Assembly (NCBI GenBank): GCA_051047955.1
Contig: JBPGPT010000005.1
Location: 620,001 to 684,000 of the forward strand
From: Cystobasidiomycetes sp. EMM_F5
Lineage: Eukaryota
Length of the DNA stretch: 64,000 nt
Direction of reading: 5' to 3'
Of this stretch, positions 24,008 through 37,767 are shown piece after piece. Positions within the stretch are counted from its first letter, which is position 1, and each line of letters starts with the position of its first letter. The notes beneath the pieces were generated by a model that saw only the letters and a program-made list of their open reading frames with translations, was not told where the DNA came from and searched no databases. Made by a program: the position numbers and the translations under genes.

Positions 24008-25734
24008 CTACGCCAACATTGACCCTATGTCAACCACCTCTCGCACCAGTCTCTCTACCGTCGCCCTATGAGTCTGGATGCTAACGACCACACGCAGCAT
24101 CTTACCACGTGGTCCCGGTGCGATATCTATCAAAAGCCCCCGGTGCATCAAAGCCTTGTAGATAACCATGGTCTGCGCAGAGATGTCTTTCACGGAGAGA
24201 GACCGGAAAGCGTTATGATCCGCATCTTTCACAAAGTAAAAACAGACCTGGGTGTTGGGCAGAGGTAGCGGTGTCGCCAGCTGGAAATAGCGAGACTGAG
24301 TGCCGTTTACGACCAGGTCTGCCATGTAAGCTGCTGTCGCAAATGCCTGTTCGACTGATCTACCAAGCGCGTCGGAGCCGTAGTATCGCCATACAAGGTA
24401 CATCTTCAGCGCATCGCCCCGGCGCCCGCATTGCGGGGTCAGATCTGCTAGATCGTACATTTGCCGGGGATCTGGTTCTTCTCCATGCTCGTCGTGAAAG
24501 AGACTGCGAAAGAATACAGTCAATTTGCAAAACGCTTGAGTATCTGCTACCCTGCTTACTAGCCCGCAGGAAGTGTCATGGCCTTCCAAAACTGCCGCAT
24601 ATCTTTCCCAAGCAGAAAAGAGCATGTCAGTGGAACTCCAAGGAGTTTGTGCGGGTTGAAGGCGATGCTGTCGGCTCGCTCGATCCCATCAATCCTGCCT
24701 TTACGGAGCTTGTCAGAGAAGACGACTGCGCCGCCCCAGGCCCCGTCGACGTGCATCCACATTCTGTACTTTTTGCAAATATCGGCTAGAGGATGTATAG
24801 GATCGAAGCTCCCCAGAACGGTAGTTCCGGCAGTACAGTTCACATAGAATGGCTCCTCTCCTTTCTGAATAGCATCCTCGACAAGTCGCTGCAGCTCCTC
24901 TGGGATCATCTGGCCACGAGAGTCGACCGCCACGCTCCGCACTGCTTTGCTGCCAAAGCCGTGCATTTGAGCCGCCTTCTCCGAGCTGTAATGGCCATGT
25001 TCGCTTGTGAATATGACAAGCTTTCGTCCGGCCAAACCATCCTCCTTCATTTCGGGAAAGAGAGTGTTTCGTGCGATTATGATTGATGAGCTGTTTGAAG
25101 CAGAACCGCCAGGCTGCGCGATTCCTCCTGCGTATGGCGAATCGAAGCCAAATAGACCGGCTAGCTGCTCGGTGACGTACTTCTCGACGATGGCCAGGAC
25201 AGGAGCGCCATTGTAGACATGTGCATTGGAGTTGATAGCCGATAAAACCATCTCCGAAGCCAAACCGACCTGTGCGCGAGTGTGGGAATTATTCAGAGTA
25301 GCCCTGAAATGAATTGCCTAGCGAAACTCACGGCGCTCGTCGAAGCATACAGCTTCCCCATAAAGCCCTGATGCCAAGTATTGACGGAGTTCTCCAAGAC
25401 ATCGCGGACAGAGTTCATGAACGCTTCTTGCGAAATACCATCTGCACCGACATTCAGGTCTAAACGTTTCCTGAGTTCGATCGGAGTGTGGATGCCATGG
25501 ACAGCCAGCGGCGGCAAAGAGTGGTCAGCTTCAGAGGAAAGAAGAGAGCCAGAAGCCTTTCCGCGATCAATATGGTCAACGACTTCCTTGAGAATCTCGC
25601 GGAGTACCTAAACACGCGGTGTCTCAGTTTGTAGCTTGCTGACGGGCTTTTGTTCCGCAAGAGCACACCTCGCCCGCCGAGTCGACGTCATTCACACCGG
25701 CGACTCCATTCTCATCAGAGTGCGAGCCGTTCAT
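24008..25734 (-). CDS. Group II PLP-dependent decarboxylase (glutamate/cysteine-sulfinate/aspartate decarboxylase-like)
   Basis: SVNTWHQGFMGKLY, QPGGSASN, FTSEHGHYSSEKAA, TAGTTVLGSFD, WMHVDGAWGG, FNPHKLL (PLP lysine), QCGRRGDALK. Confidence 0.9.
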
Positions 25735-25918
25735 GTCAAGACCACACAGCTGGTGCAAAAGCAAGAAGCGTGTACACAAAGAAACGATGCGTCACGCTGA
25801 AATAGGAGGTGGCGGAAAGAGAATGACTAGACTCCGCTCAAGAGCCAAACATACTATCCCCACAGTTACGATTGATCTGAAACGACGACAACGCGTCTTG
25901 ATATAACTTTCGCATATT

Positions 25919-27525
25919 CTAGCTCGTGCTGTTGCGTCTCTTGCCTTGTTTCTTTACCGTATCATCGAAACGTCGAACGATGACATCGCATTTGACCTGT
26001 CTACATAAGTCCTTCGAAGCGGCTTTTAAGTGTGAATCAAAGAGCGTCAGTCCAGCTGCGCGTTCTACCGCGTCCACTGCACACATTATCAGTCCGGTCT
26101 CGCGGTCTCGACAATTTTGGATCATACCTGGAACCTTGAAGGTTTCGAAGGGTGTCTCGTCCGGTATTGGAGCATTGGGGAGTACAAACGCACCAATAGA
26201 GGTTTCCTGAAGTAATGGTTGAGACGGATTCGTCGGCTTTGAACCAAGCACAACCTTGCTGAAAGTCAGGTTTGTACGTTAGTATAGAACAGAATGTGCA
26301 GCGTGCATGTATGCAGGACTGACGCAAAATGAGTGGGAACAGCCACAGATGGTACATTGCTTCCCTGTGCACCTATCACTTCGTACGTCTGACGGAATGT
26401 ATAGGAAAGCTTAGCTATCGATGCAATCCGAAATTTGTAGAAAAAGCACTCACCACCCTCCATTTGCCGTCCGGATCCCGCTTCGGTAAATAGAGTGGCA
26501 CGGTGAAGACATACACGTCTGCGAAGGGTCCTGTCAACCGCCGACAGAAATCTTCCACGTAAGCCCAATCTGCGATATCATTGTCAAATTCGGGCCTTTA
26601 CAAACATTGTTCCGAAAAGTTGTGCTTACAGTGTCTGTTGAAGCCATCGCCAACTTGTGGGGCGATGTTGGACAAAAGGAAAGTCTCATCCATTGCTTCC
26701 TGAAAGCAACCTTCTGTCAGGTCGTGCCAAAGTGTTTGTAGTCGGCTCAGAGAGCGCTACTCGCCTGGCTTCGCTTAGCATCTGCAGCGGGAACCATATG
26801 GCCTCTGTCGTATCCACTTCTAAAGTAATCTTCCAACGTCGCACGGAAAGGAGCTGGGATGTCGACATCCTCGCGGAATGTCGAGTTTGAGCGGTCTCCG
26901 ACGGGGATCTGCTGTCGCTGCTCCTGTTGCGCTATCAATGCTCTCGCATAAGCTGAAGCAGAAGAATCTGCCGCGCCGGCTGGCAGCGGTGTGACATCGT
27001 TACTGTTTACACTTGGTTTCCGCAGATCGGCCGCAGTCAAATGCTCTGCTGTCTGGAAGATTGACCAACGACGCGAGAGGGTATACGTCAGATGACCTAT
27101 CGCGAGGGTGGGTGGAGAAACGCAAAGCAAGTACCCATGCAGGATGTCGTTTTTGGCGGTCATAGCCAGCAACGTATGCTCTTCGCTTCAAGACATCAGC
27201 AATGGGACCTACATGCAAACATAGTATCCTTCAGACAACTTCAGTCGCTACTCTTGTAAACAGGCCCACCTGGTAACCCATACTTGAGTGCTGTCACAGG
27301 CAAGTCTGAAGCAGGTGGCAGAGTAGGAAAGACAGGCAGACTTGACGGTGCAAGTGCAGAGTAGGATGCAGATGTTGGCTGAGACGCGTTTGTCAATGGT
27401 GGAATGTCGCGTCTAGTGCTATCCGGAGCAGGCGTCGTCTTTGCCGACGAGGTTGATGCAGAGACAGCGATTGCACCGACTGTCACGCCTGCTGCGAAAA
27501 GCGCAGCCTGGACGGCGAGAGACAT
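25919..27525 (-). CDS. NUC1: Endonuclease G / mitochondrial DNA-RNA non-specific nuclease
   Basis: LKYGLPG, RRAYVAGYDR, DYFRSGYDRGHMVPAAD (RGH active site), VAVPTHF, AFVLPNAPI, VERAAGL. Confidence 0.92.
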
Positions 27526-27669
27526 CTTAATCAGGTAACAGACTGGGACAGTCAATGGCAATGGATGTCATGCAGGCGAAGCGAAGAAAACTGCTGCGAC
27601 AAAATATTCGGCTCGATAATTATCACGTGCCGCAACGACGACGAAGTGAATGTTGACTAGTTATCGAGC

Positions 27670-29111
27670 CTATATTGTCCGCAGCATCTCCTGATACCTG
27701 TGCCTTCGTAGCGGATCAGCCCGCTGTAGGGTTTGCAGACGCGTCCGACACTGCGCTCTGATGCTTTCTGTTTCTGAGCCGTCCCCTACGACATGTTGTA
27801 AGAGCAGCCTGTTGTAGTGTACTAGTGATTCCAAACACCCTATTGTATGTAGGATCATCAGTAGACGGGACACCTCTATGCAAGTGTCATCACGCACATT
27901 TTGATTCTGGCTCAAGCTCCGTCAATTCCTCGATGACACCGATCTCGCGCCGCAATACGTCTTCTTTGCCTGAAGACACATTACTTCAGCGAGAGTAGCA
28001 ATCTATCATCAGTGTTCCGTGCCCCACCTTGACCCACTAGCCAGCGATGGTATATCCATGCGCTTTGATCGTCTGGATCCGTATATAATGCCTGTTTTAC
28101 CAATTCAAACTCTGATAATGTGAAATGCATCAGCACGACCATTGTCGCCATTTGCTGCGATACCAATTACCCTCGTCAACCTTTCTCTTTCGCTCGTCGC
28201 TTTCGGGATTCTGCGCAGTCTCCTGCCATAACCTCGCCAGCATTTTACTCCGATAGTGCCATGCTGAAAAATTGGAAAAGCTTGCTGAAATTTTCGCGGT
28301 GGTGAATGCCAGTTCGGACGAGGTTGACGGTGCGGGACGTTTCCTCGTAGAGTATTCTGGTAGTGGTATTGTGTTCGCAGCTTGAATGGATGCGACAAGG
28401 TATCGTCTGTAATCCCATGCGTGATCTAGGAGGGCGACGTTGGCTGACGAGAGCTGACAAACACGAGATGGCCTACAATTTCTGGCATCGCGTTCTAGCA
28501 GCCCTTCTACAGTCTTTAGCTCGAATCGCCAGTCTGGGTCTGGCATAGTCTTGAGTATCCATTTCCGATGATTCCACACTGCATACTCTTTGGGGTTTCG
28601 TTTGAAACACTGCGTGGTCACGTCTAGATCAGAGTCTAGGATCTTTTGCTGATCTTGTTCTCGTCTGCTGGCGATGCGTGGTGAACATTGTGCAGGATGC
28701 TTGAACAGCTGTGAGTGCCGATACTCACGCGTCAGGCAATAACCCTCGCAGAAGAATGCGACGTCGGTAAGACCATCCGGACGGGTACTCTGGGTTCTTG
28801 AGCAGGATTTGCGTTGTGAGATCCAGCGCCCGTCGCGTGTAATCCGCTGATAGTTTCTGTAATGATCTAACGGCGTCAGTGTGGCCAGCTGGGAGGACGT
28901 TACCAGCCTACACATTCCGCTAGCTGAGCTCTCAGCCCGGTATACTCTTGTACTCTTGCAGACTCCTTTGCTGCCTTGGCTCTTGCAATGTCTTCTGGGT
29001 CCCTTTGCCCAGGTCGCTGACGCCTAACTCCATGCTACGACACGCCATTCAACCAGCAGTCAATGAATTTGCGCGTCAGAATGTGAACATGTTGCAAGGA
29101 TAGCACACCAT
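27670..29111 (-). CDS. BET4: Rab geranylgeranyltransferase alpha subunit
   Basis: M|HGVRR start; PPTA repeats [65 protein letters not shown]-terminal DPLRRHRY. Confidence 0.9.
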
Positions 29112-29491
29112 GGCAAGGCGATGACAGACTCTGAGATCAGGAATCAAATATCAAGTCCTGTTGTGAATCAAGCTGCACAGTGCGTCATCGGCGCGCGTCG
29201 AACAAGCCGGATCAACACAAATCAGCAAAGTATGCCTAAGTCTAGCTATGGTTGCAGCTGCAGTACATAGTCGAAGTATCGTGATTGACTATCCGACATC
29301 TGCATTATTTCTGCCATCTTATCTGATTTCAAACAGGATTGGCATTCAGCTACACCAGCTTTATCAGATACCGTACGGAGAAATGGCAGCTCAATTACAA
29401 AATCTCTGACCCGCCGATGCCATGCTCGCACTCGATTTTCCGATAATCTCCCTATTGCGGCAAAATGGTAGTCGAGCTGAAATTGCGAGTG

Positions 29492-29673
29492 ATGGCGCCT
29501 TTGGCGATATGTACAATTTCAAACGGGACCGCGGGATCGGAGAACTGCCAGGATTTGCAGAAGAGTATGGCGACTTATAGAGCCGGGCGTCGCGGCCGGT
29601 GATGGGGAGAAAATATGTGATGATAAATGCAAAAAATGGCGACATGGCGCAGGAGTACAATTTGAAAGGCGAC
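29492..29673. promoter_or_regulatory. Duplicated module of ATGGCG motifs plus GTACAATTT upstream of the sulfate permease; CYS3/MetR-like sites
   Basis: ATGGCGcctTTGGCGatatGTACAATTTcAAA at 29492 and ATGGCGacATGGCGcaggaGTACAATTTgAAA at 29636. Confidence 0.45.
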
Positions 29674-29899
29674 ACAGAAATCCGACGTCAGTTTGCAGAA
29701 GGGATGGGCATGGTCTTCTTCTCGACCACACATCCTCCCCTCTAATCTCTTCCTGTCTACTCTGCTTGCTGAAACTCCTGTGACAAATCTGCCTACAACG
29801 TGCCTCAGGCCGGTGGCCAATACTGCTGACAGCATACTGCCAAAACGAAAAGTGCAGAAATTTGGATATTTACAAGACTAGCTCATCATACTTAACGAC

Positions 29900-32420
29900 A
29901 TGTCAAACGCACTGCGCTTCGTCGGGGAGAAGATCCTCCGCATACCGCTTAGCACGGAAGGGAAGGAATCGTACCAAGACCGAGTAACGCGAGGCGAGAG
30001 TATCATTTCGGCACACGATACCGTAAACTACGTCGACAAGGAAGCCGATGTCGGCGAATGGCTTCGAGGTCGAGTGCCGTCTAAGCAGCAATGGAAGGAG
30101 TACGGCCTCAGTCTCTTCCCCTTTGTCGACTGGATACCCAGATATAATCTTATATGGCTCACTGGTGACCTTGTAGCGGGAATTACTGTCGGAGCAGTCG
30201 TAGTGCCGCAAGGTATGGCTGAAGACACTGTGTTTACTATCCCGGTCCCGCAAACTGACTCAGATCTCACCAGGCATGGCGTACGCTCAGATTGCTCAAC
30301 TTCCCGTTCAATTTGGTTTGTACTCCTCCTTTGTCGGAGTTATGATCTATTGGCTGTTTGCAACCTCAAAAGAGTGAGTGGTGGCAAGTAGATCCGTTTC
30401 CAGTCACGCTGAGCAGTACCTACCAGCATCACCATCGGGCCCGTCGCCGTCATGTCGAAGCTTGTTGGAGATATTGTATTGGAAGCTAGATCAACAGCCC
30501 CGCATTTTGCCGGAAATGTCATTGCTTCGGCATTGGCGGTTATCGCTGGTGCCATCGTCTTTGGACTCGGCATTCTCCGGCTCGGTTTTGTGGTCGACTT
30601 TATTCCCCTCCCTGCCATCGCAGCCTTCATGACTGGTTCCGCGCTCAACATTGCTATGGGCCAGATTCCAGGCTTGATGGGAATCACTGGATTCAGCACG
30701 CGCGACGCCACCTACCTAGTACTCATTCATACGCTTCAGAACCTCGGTAAAACAACCTTGGACGCAGCTATGGGCCTCACGGCGCTCTTCCTGCTGTATG
30801 CTATTCGAAGCACCTGCAACTACTGCGCGAGACGGTTCCCCAACAGACAAAAAACTTTCTTCTTCATTGCCACCTTGCGTACTGCATTTGTCATCCTCCT
30901 CTTCACCATGATTTCGTGGCTGGTGAACAAGGATCACCGAAGCAAGCCGAGCTTCAAGATCCTGCTCGATGTTCCTTCTGGTTTCCAGAATATGGGAGTT
31001 CCGAAAATTAACAGCGAGATCGTCAGTACCTTCACCAGCAATATCCCGGTCACAGTCATCGTTCTCTTGATTGAGCACATTGCCATCTCCAAGTCTTTCG
31101 GTCGTGTCAACAACTACCAAATTAATCCATCACAGGAGCTGATTGCCATCGGCATTACCAATGTGAGTTGAGCGAGGCAATCCAGTGATATCTCGCCAAT
31201 TCTGACATGGCTACATTTAGATCTTTGGCAGCTTCTTTGGTGCATATCCTGCGACAGGCTCCTTCTCGCGTACTGCCATCAAGTCAAAAGCAGGTGTCCG
31301 CACGCCAGCAGCTGGTGTCATCACTGGTATTGTAGTGCTTCTTGCTATCTACTTGCTCACCGCCGTCTTCTACTACATTCCAAGCGCTTCCCTCTCCGCT
31401 GTCATCATCCATGCCGTTGGTGATTTGATCACCCCACCCAAGACGATATACCAGTTCTGGCGCATCTCACCTCTCGAGGTCATCATTTACTTTGCGGGTG
31501 TGATCGTCACCGTATTCACGACCATCGAGATTGGTATTTACGTCACTGTTGCTGTGTCTGGCGCTGTCTTGTTATGGCGAGTAGCAAAAGCGCAGGGTGA
31601 ATTCCTCGGCAAGCTGCAAGTCAGACCTCTTGAGGGAGGAAACGCTAGCAATGTCTATCTGCCACTTGATCGTGCAGACGGCTCCAATCCCGCTGTTCCC
31701 GTCGAGCAGCCGCACCCGGGCATCTTCATTTTCCGCTTTGCATCCTCCTTCCTGTACCCGAATGCGACTCATGCGACGGACAGACTCGTTGACTTTATCA
31801 CCGCGGAAACTCGACGAACCAGTCTCGAATCGTATGGCAAGCTTGGTGATCGCCCATGGAACCAATCTGGACCACGTAAAATCGATCCCTCCGCACTCCA
31901 AAATGATAATCGACCAACCCTCAAGGCTGTCATTATCGACTTCTCTCGCGTGGCCAATATCGATGTGTCAAGTACTCAAGTACTCATTGACGTGCGCAAC
32001 CAGCTAGACAGACACGCCTCGCCGGACCGTGTCGACTGGCACTTTGTCAGCGTCCATAGTCCATGGACGAGGCGCGCTTTGATTTCTGCAGGATTTGGCA
32101 GAACCACAACTGGCACAAAAGCCGTCTTCAGCGTCGCTTCTGTCGGTCAGCAAGGCGGAGCTGGTGACGGTCGCGATGACCTGCACGAAACCGGAGATGA
32201 GACCCGAGATGATGAAGAGATCCAACAAACTGGTGTCAAACCCTCAAAATCATGGTCTCGCGGCCCGAAGGTCCCGGTCCTCAGTACCGACTATCCGGCT
32301 TTCCATCTGACAATCGATGAAGCCCTCGATGCTGTTCAGCATACATTTTCTCCAACGTCCAGCACAAGCAGCCTTCGGAAGGAACCGTACACTATGACGG
32401 ATGTCGAACTGAAGCACTAA
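29900..32420 (+). CDS. SulP/SLC26 sulfate permease with STAS domain
   Basis: GDLVAGITVGAVVVPQ|GMAYA, ATSK|DITIGPVAVMS, EHIAISKSFGR, QELIAIG, YPATGSFSRTA, STAS domain LKAVIIDFSRVANID. Confidence 0.95.
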
Positions 32421-32692
32421 ATGACAGATTCAGAACATACAGTATGACCGATTAGCAGTGGGGTCCACTCCGATGTCTAGAGAGTAATATGTTGATCGAT
32501 AGTCAGGTAATTTGGCGGGTCAAGGTCAGGGTGTATCAGCGAAGACCACATTAATTCAAAGATCATGTGCGTATGCTGAACGGACCGTGCGTCAGCTGTT
32601 CTACAGCATGGAACGTGACTCGTTCGCGCGATAGACTGTATACGTATTTCTCCGCATACTGTCCAAGTCTTATTTTCTACTAACTTCAGGCG

Positions 32693-33469
32693 CTACATCA
32701 ACGCCATTATAGTATTGACTATATCCCTGTCATTATCTTTGAGGCCCTTGATGGCTCTTGCGCGACTCGAGTTTGTCTGCTGCATGACTGTTTTTATATC
32801 CCCCTCGTCAAGATCGCCCGCATCCGCATCCGCATCATCGTCTGGATCAGCGTTGTCGTCGTCGTCCTTCTTTGCCTCATCATCGTCAACACCTTCGAAA
32901 GGATCTATGGCGTTTCCTGCATCTGTAGATCGTCCAGCAGCTTTGGCTTGACGTTCCATTTCAGCTTTGTGTCGAGCCTCGGTCGCTTGCGCAGCCGCAA
33001 CAGCTTGTTGACTGAATCCAGTTGTTGAGTTGGGATCTTCGACCTTAGCCTGATTGGTGTATGGATATTCAGCAAAGTGCTCCTGCAAACACTGAATCCA
33101 AACCTACCTCGCCAAAAACGATGTAGCAATCAGAATGGGCCGACTTGTACACTTCTGGTTTAGATACGATGAAGAGAACCTGCAGAAATGTTGACATACG
33201 TCAGCATCATGTTTTGTGAATCATGCGGACGAGTTTCCACAGGTCTTTTCGAAATAGTTATGCACCGCAAACGCCGGCGTAATGACAAGTCTCGGCCGCA
33301 GGGCGTACAAATACAAGCAACTTACGCCTTGAGGTCTGCGCAGGACTACGCGGTTGATGCCTTCTACCTTGCGTAAGCCCAGCTTGGCGAGGGTTTGGCG
33401 ACTCTTCTTTTCGAGTCTGGGCAACAAACGGCCCTCTTCTGTCGCCAAGATTGCGTCTGTGTCTGCCAT
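32693..33469 (-). CDS. EGD2: Nascent polypeptide-associated complex alpha subunit (3 exons)
   Basis: [56 protein letters not shown] and a C-terminal UBA ([34 protein letters not shown]). Confidence 0.9.
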
Positions 33470-33702
33470 ATTGGGATATGTATGTGCTCAGAGAATGAGG
33501 CTGCTTTGCTTCCCTTTTGCTGTTTGGGTTGATGCGAAATCACATTACTGCAACCGGTGTGCTCTGACGCCAACTCACATAAACTGGCAACACATCCAAC
33601 TCTGGCTTGCAGGCGGCTGGGTCTACGCACCGTCACCAGGACACTGTAATACTATCTGTACCATCGGCTGGCGATTATCTGATACCGACATCATCGGCCG
33701 TA

Positions 33703-34636
<934 letters not shown>

Positions 34637-34753
34637 GGGACATATGAGATGCTGCCTGTGTCCCTGCACTCTGTTGACATGTATCCTGGTTGCGCTCTGT
34701 GGAAGAACATGCATTTTTGCGGTGATGAACGTGTTTATATCTCGTCTACGATT

Positions 34754-35536
34754 TTACGGTAGCGAAGCCGTCGAAGCTTCTCGTTGTTTAGCATCAGCAT
34801 TGGACTCTGCGAATTTGTAGCTCTTTATGTGCTGCCAAGGTCCATTGCGATAAAACCAGAGATCCAAGCCTATGATCTCGCCACTTTTCGGTTGCTGTTC
34901 CAATTTTGCCAATTCATCCATGACTTTTCTTGCATAGTCCTCCGAGCATTTATTTGCGATGGTGATGTGCGGCATGATGCGGCTTCTCTGATCTTGCTGG
35001 GTTAGATCCATCTTCTCACTCTGGAACCGACTGAGCAGGAGTGACCGGATGCCGTTGATCTTGCTTGACTCTAAGAGCGGAATCATGACTGTTGAGCTGC
35101 GAGGACCTTCGCGCAGAATAGGCTTGCGCGAATGAACTGATATTGCATCCATGCTGGATATCATTTCCTGCAAAATACCCTCTACGGCTTTCTGCTGATT
35201 GCCAGGTAGCGCATGGAACAAGGTCAGATGTCCGGTCAGATGGTTTCGATGTCGTGGAAAGAACCTGGTCCGTAGCTGAGTGAAATAATCCGACAATTCC
35301 GAATCCATTAACGTGCTAATGATCAAAGGTGCTTCGGGCTCTACAGACGAGTCGATAAGTCTTGAGGCTGGATGGGAAGGAGAGGAAATTGGGAGAGCCT
35401 GTAGGGTATTCGATGAAAAAGAAGCTGAGGCGTCGGGCGAAACATGCCTGGTCGAATGAGCCTGAACGCCACTCGAAACGGCCAGACCTGTTCCAGACTT
35501 GACGCTCTGCGGCAGCGCTGACTTCCAAGCGGACAT
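34754..35536 (-). CDS. 2H phosphoesterase (2'-5' RNA ligase-like superfamily), intronless
   Basis: Two HxT motifs: FFPRHRNHLTGHLTLFHALP and PHITIANK; ends with GLDLWFYRNGPW. Confidence 0.8.
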   Translation of the reverse strand: MSAWKSALPQSVKSGTGLAVSSGVQAHSTRHVSPDASASFSSNTLQALPISSPSHPASRLIDSSVEPEAPLIISTLMDSELSDYFTQLRTRFFPRHRNHLTGHLTLFHALPGNQQKAVEGILQEMISSMDAISVHSRKPILREGPRSSTVMIPLLESSKINGIRSLLLSRFQSEKMDLTQQDQRSRIMPHITIANKCSEDYARKVMDELAKLEQQPKSGEIIGLDLWFYRNGPWQHIKSYKFAESNADAKQREASTASLP

Positions 35537-35687
35537 TATGCGATCAGTGCAGTCGTAATTGTTGGATGGGCTTAGCGAAGAGAAAAGCAACTAGCAGCCG
35601 TATACTGCATCGATCATCCAATTTGCGCGTAAAGGTGACAATTTCTTCATGTACGTTCTTTATTCCTTGCGACACACTCTGCTCGCC

Positions 35688-37225
35688 ATGTCTGCCAACG
35701 AGAGTGAACAATTTGCATTAGATTCCGGCAGCGAAGATGGTTCCCAGCCAGTAGCATCCACTTCAGCAAGCAAACTGGACGATGTGGACGATTATGAACA
35801 GCAAGCTGTTGAATCTGATGATGGTCAAGACGTCCCAGAGCAGGACGATGAACCAGCTACATTCGCTTCCCTTGGCCTAATCCCGCAGATCTGCGAAGCG
35901 TGCACATTGCTCAACTTTAAGGCCCCCACAGCTATTCAACGAGAAACTATTCCGTATGCTTTGCAAGGCAAGGATATCATTGGTCTAGCTCAAACCGGAT
36001 CAGGCAAGACAGCAGCTTTCGCCCTTCCGATAATTCAAGCTTTGTACGACAATCCGCAACCCCTCTTTGCGTGTGTCCTGGCGCCAACCAGAGAGCTGGC
36101 CTATCAGATATCTGAACAGTTCACCGCCCTCGGCAGTACTATTGGAGTGAGGTGCACAGTCATCGTGGGAGGCATGGACATGATGCAACAAAGTATTGCA
36201 CTCTCAAAACGCCCTCACATCATTGTTGCGACTCCGGGCAGATTGCAGGATCACCTGGAGAATACGAAAGGCTTCTCTCTGCGCAACTTGAAGTACTTGG
36301 TGCGTTTGACTTGGTATGCTTCTAGGAGGGTTATTGATTTTTGAAAATACAGGTCATGGACGAAGCCGACAGGCTGCTAGATATGGACTTCGGTCCAGCA
36401 ATAGACAAGATCCTCAAAGTTATCCCCCGCGAACGCCATACCTATCTCTTCTCCGCCACCATGACCACCAAAGTTGCCAAGCTGCAGAGAGCTTCACTCA
36501 GCAATCCCGTAAAGCTTGAAGTTTCATCGAAATATTCTACAGTCTCTACTCTGCTCCAATACTACATCTTCATCCCGCTCAAGCACAAAGATACTTACCT
36601 TGTCTGGCTAGCAAACGAGCTTTCGGGCAGGACCATGATTATCTTTGTGCGAACCGTGCATGATGCGTCTCGTATCGCCATTATGCTCCGCCATCTAGGC
36701 TTCCCAGCGATTCCATTGCACGGTCAATTGTCTCAATCACATCGCCTTGGCGCTCTCAACAAGTTCAAATCAGGCGGAAGGACGATATTGGTCGCTACCG
36801 ATGTTGCTTCACGAGGTCTTGATATTCCACTCGTGGATTACGTCGTAAACTACGATATACCGACGCATTCCAAAGATTACATACATCGTGTTGGTCGTAC
36901 GGCTCGAGCTGGTCGCGCCGGCAAGAGTATCACAGTCGCCACACAGTACGATGTTGAGCTGCTACAGCGCATAGAAGCTGTCGTGGGCAAGAAGATGGAC
37001 GAGTTTCCTACAGATAAAGATCAGATTCTGGTTTTGGCTGAACGCGTGGCCGAAGCGCAACGCGAGGCTGCGAAAGATTTGCGAGAGAACGGAGTTTCGG
37101 GTCAAGGCCATAAAAAGGATCGCAGGAAACGCGGAAGGGACGATGCAGATGACAGAGACCGTGACGATGACGTGGTACAAGCAGGCGCTGTGTCAAACAA
37201 GCAGCGCAAGTTTAAGCGTAGATAA
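35688..37225 (+). CDS. RRP3: DEAD-box rRNA helicase Rrp3/DDX47
   Basis: [64 protein letters not shown]. Confidence 0.95.
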
Positions 37226-37767
37226 GGCTTGGTCATTCCACAAGGTGCAATGTTAGCTGAATTAGCGAGAGATCCCAGACATTTCCCTTACAGTGGATCT
37301 ATTGAAGGTCATACTGCATCGATACTTCGCACACATGACTTAACTCGGTCGAACGCTTGGGTGGGCCTGTCAGTCAGTATCAATCCTCACCGTGAATCAC
37401 TGTGGCTCCCACGATAGCGTTGACGACGCCATCAGAATTTGACTGCATGCGCGAAGACGTGCGTCATTGCTTACCCTTAACCTTTTCTTACATAGCTGCA
37501 ACAATAATGGTGGAGCAGGCCTTCTCCAACTGAATGCCTGGACCACCAAAAGAAGCCAGACAATAAGGACCATTACACTCACGTAAGGAACGTTTCGAGA
37601 TAGATAGAGATGATCCTCTCTTACCTTCCCTTCCAACGACCTTCACATCCCTTGTCTCTTCATTATCTTTTTGCGAGCTCGCCAAACCACGTTCATTTCG
37701 AAACCCCAGGCTCTCACAGCAACCTGAACCTACTACTCCCTATAATCTTCTTCAAATACCACACAAT

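Noticed and set aside
28130..28915. 261-aa ORF suggesting an overlapping gene within BET4
   Set aside because: It is a chimera of an off-frame exon, stop-free introns and true BET4 exons
35688..37225. Alternative genetic code (CUG reassignment)
   Set aside because: CTG encodes conserved Leu positions, for example in VLAPTRELA of Rrp3
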